Origin: Candidatus Hydrogenedentota bacterium
GTDB taxonomy: Bacteria; Hydrogenedentota; Hydrogenedentia; Hydrogenedentales; SLHB01
Direction: 5' to 3'
Assembly: GCA_034408725.1 (NCBI GenBank)
Contig: JAWXCN010000238.1
Location: 1-18,210 of the forward strand
Length of the DNA stretch: 18,210 nucleotides
Shown: positions 8,098 through 15,134 of the stretch, one piece after another
Layout: every line of letters starts with the position of its first letter
How positions within the stretch are numbered: the stretch's first letter is position 1
Position numbers and translations under genes: made by a program
Notes under the pieces: model-generated
Database searches by the model: none
What the model saw: only the letters and a program-made list of their open reading frames with translations
Told to the model about the DNA's origin: nothing

Positions 8098-10353
8098 ATG
8101 AAAACGACACTGCTTTTCACGCTAATGTTTCTGTGCGCTATGCGCTCGGTCGCGTCCGGCGAACGCGGCGAAATCGCGCTCCACCAGGCAACTCTCGATC
8201 TCACAACGAACGCGAGCCTCATGTGCGTCGCCGCGCATCCCGACGATGAAGATGGCGCAACGCTGGCCATGTACCGCAAAAAATACGGTGTACGCACCAT
8301 TGCGGTCATCGCAACGCGGGGCGAGGGTGGTCAAAACGAAATCGGTCCCGAATTGTACAACGACCTCGGTGTGATTCGTACCCGCGAGATGATGCGGGCA
8401 TCAGAAATCACTGGAGCCGATCTCCACTTCCTGGATTTACCCGAGTTCGGATTTTCAAAGTCGCCGGAGGAAACCTTCGAGATTTGGGGCAAGGAAGAGA
8501 CGGTGCGCAGGCTCGTGCGTGTCATTCGTAAGACACGGCCAACGGTGATTATTTCGAACCACGGCACGCAAAAAGATCATGGGCATCATCAGGCCATCGG
8601 CATTGCATTGCGCGAGGCATTTCATGCAGCGGGCGATGCAACAAGGTTTCCGGAGTTGGAGAGCGACGGGTTGATTCCATGGCAACCGATGCGCTTGTAT
8701 CTGCGGGTATGGCAGCCGGCGCCGGAATCGGTGCGCATCGCAATAAACGAAATTGATGTGGTCCGCGGAAAAACGTATGCGGAGATCGCTGCCGATGCGT
8801 TGGGCGAGCACAAGTCCCAGGGTATGGGTTTCTTCATCAACATGTACCTCGACGGGACAGTTACGCCAGCGTATATCCTCGAAGCGGCTGCCGGGAATCC
8901 GCAGGCGCGCCTGCAATTGCCCGCAGAAGACACAAAGCTGTTCGCGGGGTTGGCCGGTGATCGCGCGGAGATCGAACTTTCCGATCCGGCCGCGACGCTC
9001 GACACACTGGCAACGCGCGCGCCCGCGCGGCACGCCGAGCTTGCGCTGCACATGCGGCTGGAGGCAACACCAGGTGATTCGCTCGTTGTGCCCGGACAAA
9101 CGATCACCGTGCGGTCAACGCTTACCGACTATCAGGCAATCGAAGCAGAGTCTGTCACGTTTGCGCTGCAATCTTCCGAGTGGTTGACCTCCGTCCATCC
9201 CGATCCTGTTACCGTGCAGATTGTTCAGAACCGAACCGCGACTGCCGATCTGGCATATACAGTACCGCAAGTCGCGCCGATCACGGTCCCAGAAGGCGAA
9301 CATTTGTTTGAACCACACTTCATGGCCCCTCAGTTCATTGCTTTGGCGCATGTAAAACTGAAAGGGAAAGAGGAACCCGTAACGTTATCAATGCCCATCA
9401 CCTTGCGGATTGCGCCGCGCGTGTCCGTGCGCGTTCTGAATTCGCCGCTTCTGGTCCGGCGCGGCGCAGAGCTTGAACACAACTTTGACGTGTTGATCAC
9501 GAACTATGGCGCGGATGCCGCTAACGGTACAGTGGCATTTTCCGTTGCGCCGGGATTTCAGCCGGAAGCAACATCATTTCCCTTCGCGCTCGCCCGCGAA
9601 GGGGAGCAACGCATTGTCTCCGTGCGCGCAACAATCGGAGACAATCTCGAGCCGCGCGACTATCTGGTAAACGCGGTGATCGACGGCGACGTGCGGCCAT
9701 CATTTGGCGTTGCGCGGCTTGTGGACTTGGCGATCCCGGAAAGCAAGCGCGTGGGAGTGGTGCAAAGTTACGACAATACATTCGTAAACGTCCTGGAAAA
9801 AATGGGCGTTCCACACGAAGTGCTGACGATGGAAGATTTTTCCGCGGCAAAGCTCGACACTTTTACGTCCATCATCATCGACATCCGTGCGTACCTCGTG
9901 CGCGAAGACCTGGCCGCGAACAATCTAGCCATGCTCGATTATGTGTCGCGCGGAGGCACACTGCTCGTGATGTATCAGAAGACCGAGGAATGGAAACCGG
10001 AGCTCGCACCCTATCCGATTACGTTGTCCCGTAATCGCGTCACGCGCGAAGATGCGCCCGTGACGTTGCTCGCGCCGGAGCACACCTTTTTCACTACGCC
10101 AAACGCGCTAACCACGGACGATTGGAACGGCTGGATTCAAGAGCGCGGACTTTATTTTCCCGGCGAATGGGACGTGCGCTACACGTCGCTGATCGAATGC
10201 GTTGACCCCGGCGAAACAATCCCGCCCGGCGCACTTTTGATTACCCAGCACGGCGAAGGCCACTACGTGTACACCTCGCTCTCGCTCTACCGCCAACTAC
10301 GCGAGTTGCACCCCGGAGCGTTACGGCTGTTCGCGAACATGTTGGCGCTATAG
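8098..10353 (+). CDS. Exported PIG-L/LmbE-family deacetylase with Ig-like (NEW3-like) domains and a C-terminal class I glutamine-amidotransferase-like domain, 751 aa
   Basis: Signal peptide; AHPDDE, TRGEGGQNEIG, HGHHQ and HKSQG motifs; beta-rich middle region; C-terminal WIQERGLYF and YRQL...PGALRLFANML characteristic of long LmbE proteins. Confidence 0.9.
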   Translation: MKTTLLFTLMFLCAMRSVASGERGEIALHQATLDLTTNASLMCVAAHPDDEDGATLAMYRKKYGVRTIAVIATRGEGGQNEIGPELYNDLGVIRTREMMRASEITGADLHFLDLPEFGFSKSPEETFEIWGKEETVRRLVRVIRKTRPTVIISNHGTQKDHGHHQAIGIALREAFHAAGDATRFPELESDGLIPWQPMRLYLRVWQPAPESVRIAINEIDVVRGKTYAEIAADALGEHKSQGMGFFINMYLDGTVTPAYILEAAAGNPQARLQLPAEDTKLFAGLAGDRAEIELSDPAATLDTLATRAPARHAELALHMRLEATPGDSLVVPGQTITVRSTLTDYQAIEAESVTFALQSSEWLTSVHPDPVTVQIVQNRTATADLAYTVPQVAPITVPEGEHLFEPHFMAPQFIALAHVKLKGKEEPVTLSMPITLRIAPRVSVRVLNSPLLVRRGAELEHNFDVLITNYGADAANGTVAFSVAPGFQPEATSFPFALAREGEQRIVSVRATIGDNLEPRDYLVNAVIDGDVRPSFGVARLVDLAIPESKRVGVVQSYDNTFVNVLEKMGVPHEVLTMEDFSAAKLDTFTSIIIDIRAYLVREDLAANNLAMLDYVSRGGTLLVMYQKTEEWKPELAPYPITLSRNRVTREDAPVTLLAPEHTFFTTPNALTTDDWNGWIQERGLYFPGEWDVRYTSLIECVDPGETIPPGALLITQHGEGHYVYTSLSLYRQLRELHPGALRLFANMLAL

Positions 10354-10408
10354 GAGTACACGCGGGAATCGAGCTGCGAATATTTACGGATCGACATACG
10401 CCGTATCT

Positions 10409-10432
10409 GGGAGGGCGCGCGTCCCCGCGCGC
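10409..10432. repeat. GC-rich REP-like hairpin between convergent genes
   Basis: GGGAGG followed by GCGCGCG-TCCC-CGCGCGC (7-bp perfect stem, 10415-10432); no U-tract on either side. Confidence 0.4.
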
Positions 10433-10441
10433 TGTCGCTGC

Positions 10442-11020
10442 CTACGCATATACTGGTTCATTTCCCCGTTTCCACTTAATGTTGCACCCAACGCTCGGCC
10501 GCTGCGGTGTTGCCGGTTTCTTCCCGGCAAGCACCGCGTCAATCGCGCCACGCAGGTCCTTCCCCGTCACCGGCAAACCATTTCCCGGACGGCTGTCATC
10601 GAGTTGGCCGCGATAAACCAGTTTCATGTCCGCGCCGAACAAAAAGAAATCCGGCGTACACGCGGCCGAATACGCCTTCGCCACTTCCTGCGTTTCGTCA
10701 TAAAGATATGGAAACACATACCCGCGCGATTGCGCCTCCTGCTTCATGCGATCCGGGGCGTCCCCAGGATGCGTCTCGATATCGTTCGCGCTGATCGCGA
10801 CAATTCCAAGCTGCTGATCTGCGTAGTCTTGTCCGATTTTCGCAATCTCGTCCGCTACGTGTTTGACGTACGGGCAATGGTTGCAGATAAACATCACGAG
10901 CAACCCTTTTGAATCGGAAAAATCACTTATCGAAATTGTTCTACCTGAAACAATATTCGGCAACGAGAACGCGGGCGCGACGGTGTCGATGGGAATCATT
11001 TGTGACGGTGTGAGTGACAT
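10442..11020 (-). CDS. Thioredoxin-fold AhpC/TSA (peroxiredoxin-like) family protein, 192 aa
   Basis: APAFSLP, MFICNHCPYV (CxxC), FPYLYDETQEVAKAY, ACTPDFF, YRGQLDDSRP, GCNIKW. Confidence 0.92.
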   Translation of the reverse strand: MSLTPSQMIPIDTVAPAFSLPNIVSGRTISISDFSDSKGLLVMFICNHCPYVKHVADEIAKIGQDYADQQLGIVAISANDIETHPGDAPDRMKQEAQSRGYVFPYLYDETQEVAKAYSAACTPDFFLFGADMKLVYRGQLDDSRPGNGLPVTGKDLRGAIDAVLAGKKPATPQRPSVGCNIKWKRGNEPVYA

Positions 11021-11083
11021 TGGACAACTACCTGTGAACTGTTAGACGAATGGAACGTCACAAGCATAGACCGCCACGTGACC

Positions 11084-11137
11084 AAAAACAATCAAAGTAG
11101 CCACGCCCGCGGGCGGATTGACCGCCGCGGGCGTGAC
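11084..11137 (-). terminator. Probable intrinsic terminator of the acidic lipoprotein gene
   Basis: About 14-bp GC stem at 11102-11135 with one bulge, followed on the minus strand by TACTTTGATTGTTTTT; about 30 bp downstream of the stop at 11166. Confidence 0.6.
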
Positions 11138-11165
11138 CTCGCGAAAGGGGGGAACTGGAAACCGT

Positions 11166-12041
11166 CTATTTGCTATGCACGCGAGCGCGCGTTGCGCTCG
11201 TCGTTTTCTCGCCGGCCTTTGCGAAATCCAGGTATTCATTGACGCGCTCTAGCCACGATGTCGTCAGCCGCAACTCGATGGTGTCGCGCAGGCTCTCGTC
11301 CGGTACGAAGTCCAAGAGTTCTGCTGCTTCTTCGTCGAACGGACGGAACCAATCGAGATCGGTCGTGCCTTTCTCCGCATTACGGATGGCGGGAAACGCG
11401 CGCTGCGAGCGTACAAGGGCCTTCGCCACTTTTTTCAACGTGTTCGGATCGACGCCGTATTCGTAAATCTCGACGGGACCAAATTCGCCGGTGCCGACGT
11501 CGATTTCATCGAAATACAGATCGGTGCCGGATTCGTAGTCGAGCAGTGCGTCGAGCCAATCGAAGTCGCGGAACTCTTCATAATCGCTCGCGCCGAAGAC
11601 GCGCCCTTCCGAATAGCCATCGTGATAACCGTCCGACCAGCCACCGTTTAGGTATTCAAGGTGTACGTCGAAATCGAGAAAGTCGAGGTAATCGTCCCAG
11701 TACGCGTTGTCATAGCCTTCGCTGAATCCGACGATGAACGAGTAATGATAGTCGGCGAAATAGCCATCGTTATAGGCATACCAGACGCCGTCCCAGAATC
11801 CCGCGTCGTAAGTTTGATCGTCAATGAAGGGGATTTCACTGTCGTCGTAAAAGATCGGGGTCGCGTCGATGGTGTCCCATCCATCGAAATAGCCATCCCA
11901 GTAGTAATCGTCGCGCAGAAAACCTGCCGCGTATCCGACATCGTAATCGGTGTCGCCTGTGGGGCCGCCTGGAGGGCAGCCTGTGCCGAGCACTGCAAGC
12001 AAGAGCAATGTGCCGGTCATCAGCGTGTTCTTGATACCCAT
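11166..12041 (-). CDS. Hypothetical acidic lipoprotein with (Y/F/W)xxG repeats, about 291 aa
   Basis: GAAGGGAG RBS before ATG 12041; signal MGIKNTLMTGTLLLLAVLGTG|CPP with lipobox; Asp/Tyr/Gly-rich body. Confidence 0.8.
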   Translation of the reverse strand: MGIKNTLMTGTLLLLAVLGTGCPPGGPTGDTDYDVGYAAGFLRDDYYWDGYFDGWDTIDATPIFYDDSEIPFIDDQTYDAGFWDGVWYAYNDGYFADYHYSFIVGFSEGYDNAYWDDYLDFLDFDVHLEYLNGGWSDGYHDGYSEGRVFGASDYEEFRDFDWLDALLDYESGTDLYFDEIDVGTGEFGPVEIYEYGVDPNTLKKVAKALVRSQRAFPAIRNAEKGTTDLDWFRPFDEEAAELLDFVPDESLRDTIELRLTTSWLERVNEYLDFAKAGEKTTSATRARVHSK

Positions 12042-12132
12042 GACAACTCCCTTCATCGCGACGCAACCGCATCGTCTGTGTAACCCGACGAAGCCAGATA
12101 GGAAATATTTACAGGGATTCAAGGAATCATCG

Positions 12133-12168
12133 ATATCACATCATTCCCACCCGTCCCACGATTCCCAT
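12133..12168. repeat. Degenerate 9-bp tandem repeat (4 units)
   Basis: ATATCACAT CATTCCCAC CCGTCCCAC GATTCCCAT (NNNTCCCAY period). Confidence 0.35.
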
Positions 12169-12169
12169 C

Positions 12170-12211
12170 AAAAAGAAACAGGGCGCGAAGCCCTTCAGGC
12201 CTCGCGCCCCG
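12170..12211 (-). terminator. Intrinsic terminator of the FecR-DUF6600 gene
   Basis: Minus strand reads GGGCGCGAGGCC-TGAAG-GGCTTCGCGCCC then TGTTTCTTTTT, about 15 bp after the stop at 12225. Confidence 0.8.
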
Positions 12212-12224
12212 CCGTTTAATTTTG

Positions 12225-14915
12225 TTACCGGCTGCGTCCGCGGGATTCACCGCCACCCCGGTTGCCACCGCCTCCGCCACTACCCCGGCTGCTTTCCATT
12301 GCACGGGATTGCGGCGCCGATTGCTGGCTGGGCGCTTGCATCTGCCGTTGTTGCGGCGCTTCGTACCTCGGCTGCGGCGCCTGCATTTGCCGTTGCTGCG
12401 GCGCTTGCATCTGTCGTTGTTGCGGCGCTTCGTACCTCGGCTGTGGCGCTTGCATCTGTCGTTGCTGCGGCGCTTCATACCGTGGCTGCGGCGCCTGCAT
12501 TTGCTGTTGTTGCGGCATCTGCGCGCGAGGCGCCTGATTCTGCGCGCGGGGCTGTTCGATGCGCAACGGTTCCGTCGAGCGCGGCGCTGCATCGCGCACC
12601 CGCGACGAATCGGGAATCACGCGGCTTTGCGGCGCGCGCGATGATGGTTCCGGCACGTGTGTCTGCACGGGAGTGTTCAATGCGCTGCGCGAGCGTTGCG
12701 GCGCCTGCGGTATCGTGCCAAGCGACTGCGAGCGTTCATTGCGGCCATCGCCACCGCTAACGCGGGGCAGGTTGGGCTCGCGAACGCGCGCCTGTTCCGG
12801 TACTTCCGTCCTGCGCTGGTTATTACTTCCCTGCGCTTCGCTGCGCGCGCGGGTGTTATTCAAGGTCGGTACTGATGCTTCGGGCGCTTGCGTGCGCGCG
12901 CCGGCGTTTGAACGGTTTTCGTCCGCTTCGCGTTCCGCGCGACGCGACGTGCGTGCTTCCGTGTTCACGCTGGCATTTGGGACAGCCTGCTGGTCCGGCG
13001 CGATGGTCCGCGCACTACGGTCCCGCTCGCCACCGCGATCCGCCGTCGGGTCATTTGGCGCGGTTGATCGCGCGGTCCGCTCGCCTTGTTCGCTGCGGCC
13101 GCTATTGGCGCCTGCGCCAGCGTCACCCGGCGTCGTCGACCGCGCGTTGCGGTCACGGTCTGCATCGCGCTCCTCGCGCGGTGTCATGCGGTCGCGTCCA
13201 GCATTACCATCGGTCGCAACCTGGCCATTGGCACGATCTGTTGCACTGCGAGAACCCTGGGCGCGCGCTGATGCGAGTGTCTCTTCATTGTTTCGCACGG
13301 AGCGCGCCGTCGAGGAACGGGTATTGGCGCCCGGCAATTTCGTGTTCGGCGCATTCTCCGCGCTACGTTCGAGGGAGGCCACACGTGATCGACGTGCTTC
13401 CGCGGCCTGCGGCTTGGCGTCATCCGAACCGCGAAGCGATTCCAGATTCCGTTGCGCCCGGCGCAGCGTTGATCCTGTATCCAACGCGGTGTCCGCGTTC
13501 AGCGACGTGTCGCGCACGCGCGCCTGCCGCGCGCCGGTCGCCTGCGACGTGCGAATCGCCCGGGTGCTGCTCGACGCGCGCGAGGCAAACTCGCTGCGCC
13601 CCAGGCCATCGTTCAAGGCACGCGCACGGACGGATGCGGCCACGTTGAAGTTGCCGCCGCTTTCAAGCCCGCGGATGGAACGGCGCGGGTTGTAATCGCG
13701 CACAAGCGCCGTCGATCCAAAGCTCGGGTACTGGCCCTGGTACTGTCCGCCGTAAATGTTCCAGATATTGATATCGCCAATATGGACATTGGTAAATAAA
13801 TCGTTGTATGCAGGGTATACCGAGCACGGGCCGTAGTAAAGGTCATTCGGGCGGCAGTACGAGCTGAACCCTATGCTGAACGGTATACCGCCGACATAAA
13901 AGTTTGAGCCGTAGCTGCAAGGGCGGTTGTAGTAATTGAGCGGCGCCCATACGAAGTTGCCGCCGTAATACGCCGTCGCGCACCATGCCGGCGACCACAC
14001 CGGGTCGTAGTTCCACAACCAGCCGTGCGTCGGGTAGTAGTTCCAACGGCCGTAGTGCGACGTCACGTAGCCGAAGGGATACGAATCCGTCCACGAGTAT
14101 CCATACGACGAACCGTAGTTCCAATACCCGTCACGATACGGCACGTAATCGGCCACGACGGTCGGCCGCCAATATTGACGATTATCGACATCGACCCATT
14201 CGCCATAGGATGCCAAATCGCTGTATCCGATGGGTGTCTGTTCATATTGGACGCTTGCGGGCAGCGCGCTGTCACCGATTGCAAGCAGGCGCGCGCGTTC
14301 CCTGTTCCACGCGTCGAAAGAATCTTCCGTTGTTTTGTCAAAAGGCACCGCGTTGGATGGGAGCATACCCGGATCAACATAGATCCGCTGGCCTTCTTGC
14401 GCCTCGACCGGCGCGCCGCCCTCGGTCACCACACTAGCGCGGCCCCAGCGCACGGATACCGTGGTGGAACCTTCGCCAATTACATCAACGCGCACCTGCG
14501 AATCCTGATCAATAACAATGGTCGCCGCCGGAGTGCGCAGTTTGAAGTCGCCGTTGCTGCGGCTGATCCGCTGTACGTAAAATGATCCCGCCCACGCATT
14601 GATGGACGCGCTCGGAGGCAGGGCCTGTAACTCTGCCTTGGTGCGGTCCGCCATACGCAGGAATGAGCCGCCAGTCATCTCTACCTCGAGCGTGCCTTCC
14701 TCGTCAATCCACAAGGTGTCGCTGGGCAGAACGATCGTGTTTACGGTTGCATAACTCCAGTCCGCGTCTTCAGTGCCGCGGACCAATGCACCTCCAGATT
14801 CATGGCTGATCCGCGCGTGAAGCAGATCCTGCGCTAACAACGGCAGCGCGAATACGACGGCGATCGCCGCCGCAAACCACTGCCATCCACGCCTGAAACC
14901 GTTTGCCGTTGTCAT
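12225..14915 (-). CDS. Exported FecR-like plus DUF6600 domain protein with a long disordered Arg/Ser/Ala/Gln/Pro-rich tail, 896 aa
   Basis: GGAGG RBS; signal peptide; FecR-like beta region (ARISHESGG...GGSFLRM...KLRTPAA); DUF6600-type aromatic segment LASYGEW...YWRP...PYRDGYW...PFGYVTSHYGRW...GWLW...WSPAW...WAPL (about 13938-14216); low-complexity C-terminal half. Confidence 0.8.
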   Translation of the reverse strand: MTTANGFRRGWQWFAAAIAVVFALPLLAQDLLHARISHESGGALVRGTEDADWSYATVNTIVLPSDTLWIDEEGTLEVEMTGGSFLRMADRTKAELQALPPSASINAWAGSFYVQRISRSNGDFKLRTPAATIVIDQDSQVRVDVIGEGSTTVSVRWGRASVVTEGGAPVEAQEGQRIYVDPGMLPSNAVPFDKTTEDSFDAWNRERARLLAIGDSALPASVQYEQTPIGYSDLASYGEWVDVDNRQYWRPTVVADYVPYRDGYWNYGSSYGYSWTDSYPFGYVTSHYGRWNYYPTHGWLWNYDPVWSPAWCATAYYGGNFVWAPLNYYNRPCSYGSNFYVGGIPFSIGFSSYCRPNDLYYGPCSVYPAYNDLFTNVHIGDINIWNIYGGQYQGQYPSFGSTALVRDYNPRRSIRGLESGGNFNVAASVRARALNDGLGRSEFASRASSSTRAIRTSQATGARQARVRDTSLNADTALDTGSTLRRAQRNLESLRGSDDAKPQAAEARRSRVASLERSAENAPNTKLPGANTRSSTARSVRNNEETLASARAQGSRSATDRANGQVATDGNAGRDRMTPREERDADRDRNARSTTPGDAGAGANSGRSEQGERTARSTAPNDPTADRGGERDRSARTIAPDQQAVPNASVNTEARTSRRAEREADENRSNAGARTQAPEASVPTLNNTRARSEAQGSNNQRRTEVPEQARVREPNLPRVSGGDGRNERSQSLGTIPQAPQRSRSALNTPVQTHVPEPSSRAPQSRVIPDSSRVRDAAPRSTEPLRIEQPRAQNQAPRAQMPQQQQMQAPQPRYEAPQQRQMQAPQPRYEAPQQRQMQAPQQRQMQAPQPRYEAPQQRQMQAPSQQSAPQSRAMESSRGSGGGGGNRGGGESRGRSR
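12330..12512 (-). repeat. Intragenic two-module tandem repeat (24-bp QQRQMQAP x5, 21-bp QPRYEAP x3)
   Basis: Read directly from the translation: order A-B-A-B-A-A-B-A, 183 bp; the first A unit is QQQQMQAP. Confidence 0.9.
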
Positions 14916-15134
14916 GTTGACCTCCGCCGGACGCGGCAGGGAATTCTGCCGGGTTCCGTTCTTATTCCTACGCGTATGGACGAGTAGCCCGGCAGTGCAT
15001 TCATTTTACGCGAGTTACGGTTGAATTGGCGACACCGCATAGGTAGGCTGAAAGCAGGACGGGGAAACGGTTTTCTCAGTTTGTCAATAACGCGGAAAGT
15101 GTTTTTCCGGCCAATATACGTAAACCCGGCAAAT

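Noticed and set aside
7874..8110. N-terminal extension of the 505-aa ORF
   Set aside because: It runs through a REP-like element and into the divergent gene; the RBS and Tat signal place the start at 7873.
12087..12113. ECF-like promoter TGTAAA-N17-CGTC on the minus strand upstream of the lipoprotein
   Set aside because: Imperfect match, single instance and no ECF sigma gene in the window, so it is not supportable.
12262..12537. Cys-rich 91-aa ORF (CGACICRCC repeats) resembling a metallothionein or RiPP precursor
   Set aside because: It is the antisense reading of the QQRQMQAP/QPRYEAP repeat in the real minus-strand gene.
12559..13695. 378-aa plus-strand ORF and other long shadow ORFs
   Set aside because: Antisense to well-supported genes in GC-rich, stop-poor DNA, with no recognisable motifs.
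15082..15087. Perfect TTGACA on the minus strand upstream of the FecR-DUF6600 gene
   Set aside because: No -10-like hexamer at 16-18 bp spacing (it reads CCCCGT).
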